Part shown: positions 1 to 8,431 of the stretch, one piece after another
Numbering within the stretch: position 1 is the first letter of the stretch
How the letters are laid out: each line of letters begins with the position of its first letter
From: a virus
Virus record (IMG/VR): IMGVR_UViG_3300027708_000022
Location: 98,043-162,042 of that record
Reading direction: 5' to 3' (one strand)
DNA length: 64,000 bases
Notes under the pieces: model-generated
The model's input: only the letters and a program-made list of their open reading frames with translations
Told to the model about the DNA's origin: nothing
The model's database searches: none
Position numbers and translations under genes: made by a program

Positions 1-126
1 TGCACGGAAGAAATAGGCTAACACTAGCATACCAACAATGACTAGCACAACCTTACCAATAACTAACCATTTCTCAATTGGATCAGGAGTATGGTGACTT
101 TCTATAACTTTATATTCATCTGACAT
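1..126 (-). CDS. partial small membrane protein (runs off window; frame also open upstream to 258)
   Basis: Manual translation MSDEYKVIESHHTPDPIEKWLVIGKVVLVIVGMLVLAYFFRA..., hydrophobic stretch, GGGAAG upstream. Confidence 0.5.
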   Translation of the reverse strand, partial: MSDEYKVIESHHTPDPIEKWLVIGKVVLVIVGMLVLAYFFRA

Positions 127-238
127 ATTACTTCCCTTTAATTGTTTTAATACCTGATGGTCAATATACTTGGCTATCTCTTTTGATTTCTCAGTTAATA
201 CTCTCTCCGGTCTCATAGGCGGACAGGTATGTACTTTA

Positions 239-448
239 TTACACCGTGGGCATATCATTTATTCCCTCTATCCATGCTCGGATAATCTTACCATCATGTC
301 TAATTACTCTATTCTCTACCCACTCCATATACCCAACTTTAGGGTCATTTGAATTGCTAGGACGATATTCATGGCATTCTTTACGCTCAACTTTCAATAA
401 CTTAGGTCGGCGTAGGGTTTTCTTAATTACTCTGATTGGTCTCATCAT
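239..448 (-). CDS. hypothetical phage protein
   Basis: ORF tiles with minus-strand neighbours. Confidence 0.5.
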   Translation of the reverse strand: MMRPIRVIKKTLRRPKLLKVERKECHEYRPSNSNDPKVGYMEWVENRVIRHDGKIIRAWIEGINDMPTV

Positions 449-764
449 TTATATTCCTAATCATTTCTGCATATTCTTTTTTAAGTATACTGGCATAGGC
501 ATTGTCTAGCTCATACTTACCATACTTTTGTTCTGATAATACTCTAATAAGTAAATCTTGCTCTCTTACTCTGGATTCCAATTCTTTCAGTCGGTTCTGA
601 GCGGCCTCAGCCTTTTTGTGTGATTCATAATCTCTTTTAATATATGGGTGTAGTGATAGCATACTATTGCACAAGGTATTCTGTTCTTTGAAATGGTCAC
701 GCTGCTTCTGTAGCTTTAATATCTTTTTCTTCAGTCGGCCTATGGTTACAGATTCTTCAGTCAT
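423..764 (-). CDS. hypothetical coiled-coil protein
   Basis: 113-aa ORF, tiles with neighbours. Confidence 0.65.
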   Translation of the reverse strand: MTEESVTIGRLKKKILKLQKQRDHFKEQNTLCNSMLSLHPYIKRDYESHKKAEAAQNRLKELESRVREQDLLIRVLSEQKYGKYELDNAYASILKKEYAEMIRNINDETNQSN

Positions 765-772
765 TTCGTCAC

Positions 773-1015
773 CTAATCAAGAATGTAAACAGGTATTGCG
801 CCATACTCATCGGAGTCGCACGTTAAAAATCCGTCTAGCACATCACCCTCGCTAGTTGTGCGCCGACCAATCCACGCAACAGGATTCAACTCTTTCAACT
901 CACGGGCTGCGTCGAGTGCTACAGTGTGGCGTAATTTTGTTAAACCCATAATGCTTGTGTCGTTTGTATGATGAGCAGACTCAAGAGCATCAATAATCAG
1001 ATCAAGTTTGTTCAT
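773..1015 (-). CDS. hypothetical phage protein
   Basis: 80-aa ORF, GGAG upstream. Confidence 0.65.
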   Translation of the reverse strand: MNKLDLIIDALESAHHTNDTSIMGLTKLRHTVALDAARELKELNPVAWIGRRTTSEGDVLDGFLTCDSDEYGAIPVYILD

Positions 1016-1157
1016 TTACTATCTCCACCGGTGGTAATTGTTCTCTCTGACTCTTGATATTGTCCATTATACCTTTCACCTCACCTCTGATTGGGTTATC
1101 ATGTGGCATATAGCAATATATTCTATTCAATAGTCTTAATAGGTTGTTCGGATCCAT
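1002..1157 (-). CDS. hypothetical protein (51 aa, below ORF-track cut-off)
   Basis: Manual translation MDPNNLLRLLNRIYCYMPHDNPIRGEVK...; TGATG overlap with upstream stop. Confidence 0.55.
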   Translation of the reverse strand: MDPNNLLRLLNRIYCYMPHDNPIRGEVKGIMDNIKSQREQLPPVEIVNEQT

Positions 1158-1435
1158 CAGTCATTGTCACATATATCTTTTGAATTTTTTGTTCTATTAG
1201 CGGCTCTTGCTCTGATTGCATTTGCACAATACCAAGCACCATCTGCGCCGCTAACATCATCACCCACAAGCCCTTCTGCCTCGTCCTCGCAAACTCTAGC
1301 ACAAGCCTCACGCTCATCCTGTCTGATTAACTCAGTAAATCGTGTTAGGTTTAATGTCCCCGACATGAAACACCCCCAGTCTTCCGACCAAACGCCACCC
1401 GCTTGCACCGCTAACTCTTTTAATCGTTCGTTCAT
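1157..1435 (-). CDS. hypothetical phage protein (EREACA..C family)
   Basis: MNERLKELA...EREACARVCE...CANAIRAR, a pattern common in small phage proteins. Confidence 0.7.
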   Translation of the reverse strand: MNERLKELAVQAGGVWSEDWGCFMSGTLNLTRFTELIRQDEREACARVCEDEAEGLVGDDVSGADGAWYCANAIRARAANRTKNSKDICDND

Positions 1436-1641
1436 TTTTTATCTCTCAATTTACCAATAAACCCTAGATTCTTACCGCATTGACGGCATATCGCATCACA
1501 GGCCTGTGTCTCATTATACCCACCGTCATGCTTACACCTTGATTCTTTGTACCATTGTATAACACTAATGATTGTAATTGTGGCAATAGCTAATACTATT
1601 GCCAACACAGTCAATATATCACCAATTGTATAGATAAACAT
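1432..1641 (-). CDS. small membrane protein with Cys-rich C-terminus
   Basis: N-terminal TM, CKH...C..ICRQCG. Confidence 0.65.
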   Translation of the reverse strand: MFIYTIGDILTVLAIVLAIATITIISVIQWYKESRCKHDGGYNETQACDAICRQCGKNLGFIGKLRDKK

Positions 1642-1817
1642 TAGTATATACTCCCCTCTTGATTAGGTTCATTACTATTGGTACACTCAAGCTTATGGTC
1701 GGTGGCCTTTGGGCATCGTTTGTTCCCGCAGGTCGGACAGAGGCGCATACGCATAGTGAATGGTTTAAATGCAGTTAATGGTGTGCAAGTATGGCACCAA
1801 CATTCAAGTTGTTTCAT
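1641..1817 (-). CDS. small Cys-rich, probably Zn-binding protein (58 aa)
   Basis: Manual translation MKQLECWCHTC...LCPTCGNKRCPKATDHKLECTNSNEPNQEGSIY; fills the gap exactly. Confidence 0.65.
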   Translation of the reverse strand: MKQLECWCHTCTPLTAFKPFTMRMRLCPTCGNKRCPKATDHKLECTNSNEPNQEGSIY

Positions 1818-2077
1818 AATAAATCTCCAACGATGTTACTATATTTTTTAAGTTTCTCTAGTTTACGGGACATGGCCAGTTCTATGCCTGTCTCAGATAT
1901 AAACCCTTGTTGCTCCAATAATACCACAATGCATAGCATATCACCAATCTCCTGTTCAAGGTCTAATCGGTTATTACCATTATCACCAAACCTACGGTAT
2001 TTGGATACTGCCTGAATTACCTCGGCACATTCTTCCTGCAATATACCGAGGGTCTCCATTAATTTGTTATCACTCAT
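1814..2077 (-). CDS. MazG-like NTP pyrophosphohydrolase
   Basis: QEECAEVIQAVSK...EQEIGD (ExxE...ExxD) motif. Confidence 0.75.
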   Translation of the reverse strand: MSDNKLMETLGILQEECAEVIQAVSKYRRFGDNGNNRLDLEQEIGDMLCIVVLLEQQGFISETGIELAMSRKLEKLKKYSNIVGDLL

Positions 2078-2235
2078 TTAATATTACACACAGCCCGAAT
2101 CTCTGATGCATCAAAACCTGCCATCATACCGGCAACGGTGCATTTATATTGAGTTTGAGTATGATACGCCGCAACACCAATCATCATAGCAATAAATAAT
2201 AGGCCTGTGATACAGGCTAAAATTCCTTCTTTCAT
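2074..2235 (-). CDS. small membrane protein (53 aa)
   Basis: Manual translation MKEGILACITGLLFIAMMIGVAAY...; ATGA overlaps at both ends. Confidence 0.55.
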   Translation of the reverse strand: MKEGILACITGLLFIAMMIGVAAYHTQTQYKCTVAGMMAGFDASEIRAVCNIK

Positions 2236-2624
2236 TTTACTTCTCCATTGTTAATATCATTTTTTAAATCGTAAATCTGCCATGCACCAGCATTTTTAAG
2301 CATTATACTAGTTGGTGCAACACCCATGCCGGCATTTGGATCCATGCCATTACTATTAAAGGGTGTGGTCGGCATATGAGGCGGTAATGTCTGTGAAGCT
2401 GACGCTTTGTGTACCTTACTTTTGTGTTTGATTATCTGTATCAATTCATTGATTTGGTTGAGGTCAGGTCTATCTTTATATGACCCGAGATAGAACCCTT
2501 CAATATTTTCCACCCCACGCAATTGTATGGGATCACTCACATAAACATATTCATTCGGGTTGTATCCCATCTTATCAATATGGTGGTTATATTCATGCCG
2601 ATTACCAGCAACAACGAATTTCAT
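2232..2624 (-). CDS. hypothetical protein
   Basis: 130-aa ORF with ATGA overlaps. Confidence 0.65.
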   Translation of the reverse strand: MKFVVAGNRHEYNHHIDKMGYNPNEYVYVSDPIQLRGVENIEGFYLGSYKDRPDLNQINELIQIIKHKSKVHKASASQTLPPHMPTTPFNSNGMDPNAGMGVAPTSIMLKNAGAWQIYDLKNDINNGEVK

Positions 2625-2887
2625 TCTTTATCCTCTATGCATTTCATATATTCCCGCTGCTCAAATTTCTGCTCTTGCATGGTCTTTTCACCCCAAGCCT
2701 TGCGAGGGTTCATGCAAGCAATACAATTTTTATTACCACAACCAAACATAGAACGCTTTGCATACTTGTGTGGATTGTCTACCACATTATCATAACCATA
2801 GGCCTTGGCTATCTTTACCTTTCTTACCACTTTCTTGGACTTTTGCTGTAAACGCTCTGAATGCTTGAGTTTATCATCTGTACTCAT
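2621..2887 (-). CDS. hypothetical basic protein with CxxxxCxxC motif
   Basis: GCGNKNCIACMNPRK. Confidence 0.7.
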   Translation of the reverse strand: MSTDDKLKHSERLQQKSKKVVRKVKIAKAYGYDNVVDNPHKYAKRSMFGCGNKNCIACMNPRKAWGEKTMQEQKFEQREYMKCIEDKE

Positions 2888-3066
2888 TTCTTAATCAATC
2901 TCTCTATCATTCTTTGTGTTTTACTAACCAATTGGCCACCATGTAATTGGTAGGCTAATATTTCAATTAAATCAACTGAATTAATTTCACCATCATAATC
3001 ATCATCAAACCATTTTTGAATCTTGTATAAACCATTTTCTTGTGTAATTTTGTATCTAACATTCAT
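2884..3066 (-). CDS. hypothetical protein
   Basis: 60-aa ORF with overlaps. Confidence 0.55.
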   Translation of the reverse strand: MNVRYKITQENGLYKIQKWFDDDYDGEINSVDLIEILAYQLHGGQLVSKTQRMIERLIKK

Positions 3067-3680
3067 GATTTTAGCTCCGTAAGTTCACCTGTGTTACCAA
3101 TATCACCACGAATAAAGGTATTGAAGGCAAGGCTAGTTCTAAGGTTTTTGCCTTCTTTTTGTTCAACCATATGCTGCAGCTCAGATGGAAACATAACAAG
3201 GGCACCTGTACCGACAGGGAACCACCATGATTCTGAATTGTATAGATTCCATGTGGCTATATCAGGTTTGATTCTTTTGTATGCATCGGAACTATAGAAC
3301 ATGATCTTGTCTTTGTCCTTATTAGAATCAAGGTACAATACACCTGAGACCAGACTATTTGGGTGTGCATGGCGATGGTGGTATTCACCAGGTTTTGTGT
3401 AATTGATCCATGATTGTGTGATATATGGTTTAACCTTATCTTTCACACACATAATATTGGTATAATATTCGGTAACATATTCATCCAATACCTTTTTGAT
3501 ATTAGCCATCACAGGTTGATTCAAAATGTAAGTATCAACTGTGTTAACATTACCATTATTCTTTACAGTCTTGGATTGTTGTTGTTTAAAGAACGCCAGT
3601 TCTTCTTTAGTGTATGCTCGACCCATTTCACCAAACATAACAGGTGTCGGGAATAGGCCATGTACGATTGGTGTAATCAT
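3063..3680 (-). CDS. putative 2OG-Fe(II) oxygenase (TIGR02466-like)
   Basis: LFPTP start; SWIN...HHRHAHPNS.VSGVLY...FPS.LQH.V...RTSLAFN. Confidence 0.85.
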   Translation of the reverse strand: MITPIVHGLFPTPVMFGEMGRAYTKEELAFFKQQQSKTVKNNGNVNTVDTYILNQPVMANIKKVLDEYVTEYYTNIMCVKDKVKPYITQSWINYTKPGEYHHRHAHPNSLVSGVLYLDSNKDKDKIMFYSSDAYKRIKPDIATWNLYNSESWWFPVGTGALVMFPSELQHMVEQKEGKNLRTSLAFNTFIRGDIGNTGELTELKS

Positions 3681-3961
3681 ATAAGTTTCTCTAATCTAAG
3701 TGTTTTGACTTGATTATCGGGTAGAACAAAGGCTCTTGCTCTGAATGATGCTGTACCTGAAAGTATATCTTCAGATTTAGTAAACTCAACGAGTTTGAGC
3801 TCAATCATAGCTTCAGCTATTTTATGTGCAAGTCTTTGTTTGATTTCATTTTCGGTCATGGTTCGACCAATTGTATCATAGTCACGAAGTTCCCATTGGC
3901 AAACTAAGGCCTTGCCGATGAGGTCAAACGATTTGATTTCTATTTGAGGGAGGTTGTTCAT
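3677..3961 (-). CDS. hypothetical protein
   Basis: 94-aa ORF, AGGA upstream. Confidence 0.65.
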   Translation of the reverse strand: MNNLPQIEIKSFDLIGKALVCQWELRDYDTIGRTMTENEIKQRLAHKIAEAMIELKLVEFTKSEDILSGTASFRARAFVLPDNQVKTLRLEKLI

Positions 3962-3994
3962 AATATAGTCCTAATGTCACCAGTATATCATAGT

Positions 3995-4609
3995 CTATAA
4001 AAACTTGCGGCAAGGATGAAAGAACATTGCCACAAATTTCTTACCGTCTTTAGATGCAGCATCTAATTTGTACCCAATGTTGATTACTACCGCACGATCA
4101 ATTGTATAGAACCATTTCATCTTGTACCACCAACCAATCTGGCCTTTTGAATTGGTTACTTTCCAAAAACTAGAGTGACTAGTCTTAGTACCCCATAATT
4201 CATTGTTATCTCTTGCAACCAAATATACCATGTCGTTTGAATCATAACCAAGGCTCTGACCGAACCCATATGCAGGGTTGCGACACAACCATAATATACG
4301 ATAGGCATAACGCACCAACCAATTTGTATCATAATCATACCTGCGTAGGAATTTTATTACACCACTCTGAAGTTCATAGTCGGCATAGTACATTTCATCA
4401 GCAGGTGCATCCGGTGTACTGAACCCTTTGAATATAGGCAATAGAAAGTCTCTCTTGAGGCCTGGATGTAATGATGGGAAACCTGTAACTTCTGATTCTT
4501 CTGCCTTGTATGTAAACAAAGCGATGATAGGTGAAAATACAATTGTCACCAGATCCAATAATAATAGTGCAGGCACCTTCAGTACCCATAATAGGATAGA
4601 TAATAACAT
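3995..4609 (-). CDS. hypothetical membrane-anchored protein
   Basis: Hydrophobic N-terminus; WLCRNPAYGF motif. Confidence 0.7.
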   Translation of the reverse strand: MLLSILLWVLKVPALLLLDLVTIVFSPIIALFTYKAEESEVTGFPSLHPGLKRDFLLPIFKGFSTPDAPADEMYYADYELQSGVIKFLRRYDYDTNWLVRYAYRILWLCRNPAYGFGQSLGYDSNDMVYLVARDNNELWGTKTSHSSFWKVTNSKGQIGWWYKMKWFYTIDRAVVINIGYKLDAASKDGKKFVAMFFHPCRKFL

Positions 4610-4667
4610 TTTTTATTCCTTTTCTTGGATTATACTATTGTTCCATTACTTATAGTGGTAATGGTAC

Positions 4668-4690
4668 AAACCCACCAGAAAGGTGGGTTT
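4668..4690. terminator. probable intrinsic terminator hairpin
   Basis: AAACCCACC-agaaa-GGTGGGTTT perfect 9-bp stem in an intergenic gap; second hairpin CCATTAC/GTAATGG at 4643-4664. Confidence 0.65.
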
Positions 4691-4705
4691 ATTTGAGACA
4701 ATTGC

Positions 4706-4924
4706 CTATACTGACAATTCTTCTTGTGGATCTTTTGAGGTCACAAAATTGACATACTCTACTGCATCATCTTCCTCTGTAAAATACCGAACGATGGTCT
4801 GTCCGGTATATAATGAGGTGAACAACAATAAAATATTACAATTTCGATATACGGAAAACTTAATAGCCCACCCGTTGCGGGATACAGGGCTAAAACTTTT
4901 TGATTTAGCCTTTATTTCCAACAT
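4706..4924 (-). CDS. hypothetical protein
   Basis: ORF track 4706..4990; internal start MLEIKAK at 4924 more plausible. Confidence 0.55.
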   Translation of the reverse strand: MLEIKAKSKSFSPVSRNGWAIKFSVYRNCNILLLFTSLYTGQTIVRYFTEEDDAVEYVNFVTSKDPQEELSV

Positions 4925-5162
4925 AAGCAAATGACTTGAGTTTTCCGGTTTTGACGATTTCTTTTGCATTTTCGCTACATTCTTTAACAATATCTATTAC
5001 CTTACTGGTGTATGTAGTAAATGTAGAATTTGTAAGTTGGTCAAATGATTTGATGTTGGACACCTGAAATGCTTCAATAGTATTTAATACTGATTCAGCA
5101 TATGATTTAATTTTGGCGTCAAATTGACTGACCATTGATTGTGGGTTAAACATATTAAACAT
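4905..5162 (-). CDS. amphipathic helical protein (phasin-like?)
   Basis: 85 aa, helical amphipathic pattern, AGGA RBS; family assignment weak. Confidence 0.5.
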   Translation of the reverse strand: MFNMFNPQSMVSQFDAKIKSYAESVLNTIEAFQVSNIKSFDQLTNSTFTTYTSKVIDIVKECSENAKEIVKTGKLKSFAYVGNKG

Positions 5163-5163
5163 A

Positions 5164-5259
5164 TTATTTTCCTGTTTTAGTGTAGTATTCGATTCGTTGC
5201 AATCTGGCTTCTACGATTGCTGTAAATAGAACGGTGAAATATTTTGAAATTGTTTGCAT
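5164..5259 (-). CDS. small protein (31 aa)
   Basis: Manual translation MQTISKYFTVLFTAIVEARLQRIEYYTKTGK; AGGA RBS. Confidence 0.45.
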   Translation of the reverse strand: MQTISKYFTVLFTAIVEARLQRIEYYTKTGK

Positions 5260-5267
5260 GGCTATTC

Positions 5268-5399
5268 CTAATTAAATTTGGTTTGCGTATAGATTCTCAT
5301 TAAATTCTCAACTTCTGAAATAGTCTGAGGATTATTCTTTAGAATAAATGCCTCAAACTGACACTTTGGTTTTAAATAAGATAAAAGTTTCTTAATCAT
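5268..5399 (-). CDS. small protein (43 aa; DUF3563-like pattern)
   Basis: Manual translation MIKKLLSYLKPKCQFEAFILKNNPQTISEVENLMRIYTQTKFN; AAGGA RBS. Confidence 0.5.
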   Translation of the reverse strand: MIKKLLSYLKPKCQFEAFILKNNPQTISEVENLMRIYTQTKFN

Positions 5400-5512
5400 A
5401 AATTGTCCTTACTAAGTATTTTAATAGGTATCGTTTGTACTAATACTTTTATTTAGACAATATTATACTGCAAACGCACATTTTTTTAGGTATATTTGAA
5501 ATTAACAACTGT

Positions 5513-5520
5513 TATAAATA
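5513..5520 (+). promoter_or_regulatory. T4-type late (gp55) promoter
   Basis: Exact TATAAATA upstream of the endonuclease leader. Confidence 0.75.
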
Positions 5521-5578
5521 GGTGTAGGTCACCGAGCTGTAACTCGTACCTACTCTAACATTGTAAAGGAATGCCAGC
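5521..5578 (+). ncRNA. conserved structured leader RNA of endonuclease gene, copy 1
   Basis: GTAGGT-cac-CGAG-loop-CTCG-t-ACCTAC-tctaaCATT-7nt-AATG-ccagc-ATG; covaries with copy at 45911. Confidence 0.7.
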
Positions 5579-6205
5579 ATGAATATTTATAAATCGCCAA
5601 CACAGCGACAAATTGACAATTTCAAACCAACATTTTTATACTTAAAACGCCATAAGGATACTAAACTTTATTATTTTGGAAAAACTGCTACATCCGATCC
5701 TGTAAAATACAACGGTTCTGGTAAATATTGGAAAAACCATTTGAAAAAATATGGCAAAAATATTGAAACTGTTTGGTACCAGAAATTTTACGACATACAG
5801 AAGTTAATTGGTTTTGCTTCAGCGTTTTCAGAAATTTTTGATATATCAAATTCAGAATTGTTTGCAAATTTATGTGAAGAAAATGGTTTAGATGGTGGAG
5901 ATCCAGGTAAAGCCGCATCAAAAAAAACTAGTCTTGCTCTGAAAGGCAGAAAACAGCCTCAATCTAGTATAGATAAACGAAAGAAAACCCTTTCAGAGAA
6001 TCCTATCATTTTTACAGAAAGTCGTAAACAAAAAATATCAAAATCTTTAACTGGTAAAAAATTATCACAAAAACACATTGAAGCTATGAAACTTGGTTCA
6101 AAAACTGAAAAAAGCGTAGAATCTAGGAAACTTAATTTTGACAGAACCGGTAAAATACCTTGGAATAAAGGTATTAAAACCGGTAATAAAAACTTAATCT
6201 CCTAA
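5579..6205 (+). CDS. free-standing GIY-YIG-like homing endonuclease with NUMOD3-type repeats
   Basis: FLYLKRH...LYYFGKT...YNGSGKYW..HL; C-terminal KQKISKSLTGKKLSQKH, PWNKG; antisense to neighbours. Confidence 0.8.
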   Translation: MNIYKSPTQRQIDNFKPTFLYLKRHKDTKLYYFGKTATSDPVKYNGSGKYWKNHLKKYGKNIETVWYQKFYDIQKLIGFASAFSEIFDISNSELFANLCEENGLDGGDPGKAASKKTSLALKGRKQPQSSIDKRKKTLSENPIIFTESRKQKISKSLTGKKLSQKHIEAMKLGSKTEKSVESRKLNFDRTGKIPWNKGIKTGNKNLIS

Positions 6206-6937
6206 TTTTTCGCAAGCTATAATCCAAGATTTAACCAATGAAGATCGGCAGATATCTTCAGGAGTAAAATGAATCCTACTGAATTCAGGCATGGTTTCAG
6301 CAACCCTAAGAAAATCACCTAATCCGGAAATATCGTGTTTATTCTTAATTAGATCATTTTGTTTTGTGTCACCACAGAAAATTATCTTGGATCTGTAACC
6401 AACTCTAGTCACAATAGAAGATAACTCGTGGAATGTCATTGATTGACATTCATCAACTACTACAATAGCATCATCAAAAGTACAACCTCTAAGAAAACTT
6501 GTACTTACAAATTGAATAAAATCCTGTTCACAAAGTCTCTGGTAAGCATCTTTGCGACCAAATAGAGTTTCGCAAATTTGGTGATAAGGTTGTTCATATA
6601 AACTCATCTTATCTTCGACCGATCCTGGAGTAAATCCCATGTCTCGGCCTTGAACAGCTGACCGCACAATGATAACCTTTTTGAAAGGATTGGACTTATC
6701 CAATACTTCTTCTAAAGCTTTGTATAAAGCAATAAAAGATTTACCCACACCAGCTGATCCTGACAACATCATAAAGTAGTCTTGTCTCTTGTATGCATCA
6801 AAAAATAGTTTCTGATTCTCAGTCAATGGGTCAAATGTCTTTAGGTCATCTATCCTGATCTTCAGTTGTGTACCAGGTCGTGGTGTTGTAGGTTTAGGTT
6901 CTACAAAGGTGTCGGTTGTTTGCTGCTTTCTGGCCAT
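6194..6937 (-). CDS. phoH: PhoH-like ATPase
   Basis: GSAGVGKS, MGFTPG, FLRGCTFD, VDECQ, GDTKQND, RSSLVK; start MARKQ at 6937. Confidence 0.93.
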   Translation of the reverse strand: MARKQQTTDTFVEPKPTTPRPGTQLKIRIDDLKTFDPLTENQKLFFDAYKRQDYFMMLSGSAGVGKSFIALYKALEEVLDKSNPFKKVIIVRSAVQGRDMGFTPGSVEDKMSLYEQPYHQICETLFGRKDAYQRLCEQDFIQFVSTSFLRGCTFDDAIVVVDECQSMTFHELSSIVTRVGYRSKIIFCGDTKQNDLIKNKHDISGLGDFLRVAETMPEFSRIHFTPEDICRSSLVKSWIIACEKLGD

Positions 6938-7347
6938 TTTAGTTTTCCTAATACATGGGTTTTGTGAATCTTGCAAGTTACCCAAGAGTTATAATACTGG
7001 TCACTCAATAGGGCGTGCCTGTTAAAAATCTCAAATGTTTCTAAATAATTACATTCGGATCTAGTCTTACAAAGGTGTAGTATCTCTCTAGTAAATTTGT
7101 CCTCTCCTTCATGTTTAACTTCTGCTTGCAATTCTGTATTGCTTCCCCAATACTCTAGCCAATCACTGGCCTTCCGTACCTTTTTCTTTTTACCCTTGAT
7201 TTGACGATAACCAGCCTTAGTGAACAATTTCTTGCCCACATACCGTTTACCTGTTTGAATATTGGTGATAAGATACACATAGCCAATGTTATCGGCTATG
7301 TGTTCTTCTTTGAATTCTTCTGCTGTATTATGATAAAACCAAGTCAA
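6901..7347 (-). CDS. GIY-YIG family nuclease (Seg-like)
   Basis: GYVYLITN..TGKRYVGKK...YWGS...F.REIL. Confidence 0.8.
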   Translation of the reverse strand: MTWFYHNTAEEFKEEHIADNIGYVYLITNIQTGKRYVGKKLFTKAGYRQIKGKKKKVRKASDWLEYWGSNTELQAEVKHEGEDKFTREILHLCKTRSECNYLETFEIFNRHALLSDQYYNSWVTCKIHKTHVLGKLKWPESSKQPTPL

Positions 7348-7349
7348 TA

Positions 7350-7496
7350 TTATTCCTCGTCTTGTTCCAACTCATTCTCTAGTATATATTCTGCACAGAA
7401 GGGACAAAACTTTGGATCATCTTCACATAACAACTCATCATAATCAATTGTAAATTTAGAATCACAATTTGAACAATGGTGCTTTAAACTTTTCAT
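7350..7496 (-). CDS. small zinc-ribbon protein (48 aa)
   Basis: Manual translation: HCSNCDSKF...FCPFCAE, acidic tail. Confidence 0.65.
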   Translation of the reverse strand: MKSLKHHCSNCDSKFTIDYDELLCEDDPKFCPFCAEYILENELEQDEE

Positions 7497-7610
7497 TTAT
7501 TTACCAAAATATGATTTAATTTTTGCCTGTGCGGCTACAGCCCAAAATGGTTGCGGAAAATTCCACCCAACAAAAACACCAACTGCGGACCAAAATAGAA
7601 TTTCTAGCAT
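7497..7610 (-). CDS. small membrane protein (37 aa)
   Basis: Manual translation MLEILFWSAVGVFVGWNFPQPFWA...; AAGGAG RBS. Confidence 0.6.
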   Translation of the reverse strand: MLEILFWSAVGVFVGWNFPQPFWAVAAQAKIKSYFGK

Positions 7611-7626
7611 TTAAATCTCCTTGTTA

Positions 7627-8430
7627 TCATTTACATTTACTATGTTTTTCTTTGAGTGCTGCATCAAAATTGACAGGCCATAGTGGCAATTTTGAGTTCT
7701 TATTTGCATTGGACGGCACAGGTATTACCATACCGGCATACTTCTCAATCTCCGCAACCGTTGTTTGTACAGATGATATATTAGAACCTAATCCATTCTT
7801 ATGTGGAAATAGAAAAGCGAAAGTCTCTCCTGTTTGAGTATCTATAACAACTTTGAAAAACGCTTTAGGAACAACAACTTTATTCACACCTATGGATGGG
7901 TCTCCGTATGCATATATTGGTCCAGTCGTAATTTGTAATGTGTGATTGCGCTGCCAAGCCCATACACGAACATCAGTTTCTAATACCTTCCAAATACCAC
8001 GATTAAGGTTTGGTAATTGTGGAGACATATTGGTCATTAAAAATGATTCTAACTGAATATATTGGTCATATGATAAATCACCATCAGGAACATTATGTCC
8101 CTTATCATATCCTGTATCTGCATAGTCATCTGGTGTAGACCTTTTGTCTTTAGGTAAGGACACATCAGTAGCAAATGAATTAGTGCGTGGCCAACAACCC
8201 AACGCATTCTCAGGTTTTAGTGTGTATACTACATAAACAGGAATCTTTGCAATATTATCATATACAGTATAGTAACCGTGCCGACAAATGGATGTTGTGT
8301 CTTTCTTTTGTATCACTGGTGCACCATAAGGTACAAACTGAGCACATGATTGGACAGGCAATGGTGCCTGTTGATCCCAACCAAACGCTGAAGGTACCAC
8401 AAATAGTAATGTTAATAATAGATGTTTCAT
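7627..8430 (-). CDS. DNA/RNA non-specific endonuclease (NucA/EndoG family) with signal peptide
   Basis: GYDKGH, TNMSPQ..NLNRGIWK.LE, GPIY, VVVPKAFFKV; signal peptide MKHLLLTLLFVVPSAFG. Confidence 0.9.
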   Translation of the reverse strand: MKHLLLTLLFVVPSAFGWDQQAPLPVQSCAQFVPYGAPVIQKKDTTSICRHGYYTVYDNIAKIPVYVVYTLKPENALGCWPRTNSFATDVSLPKDKRSTPDDYADTGYDKGHNVPDGDLSYDQYIQLESFLMTNMSPQLPNLNRGIWKVLETDVRVWAWQRNHTLQITTGPIYAYGDPSIGVNKVVVPKAFFKVVIDTQTGETFAFLFPHKNGLGSNISSVQTTVAEIEKYAGMVIPVPSNANKNSKLPLWPVNFDAALKEKHSKCK

Positions 8431-8431
8431 T

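Noticed and set aside
1066-1071. TATAAT promoter-like box
   Set aside because: Lies inside the 1002..1157 ORF and has no -35 element.
5521-5578. Leader motif as a known self-cleaving ribozyme or tRNA fragment
   Set aside because: No hammerhead, HDV, twister or tRNA consensus recognised; left as an unassigned structured RNA.
6901-7347. Third member of the leader-associated endonuclease elements
   Set aside because: Co-oriented with the operon, short, and has no late promoter or structured leader.
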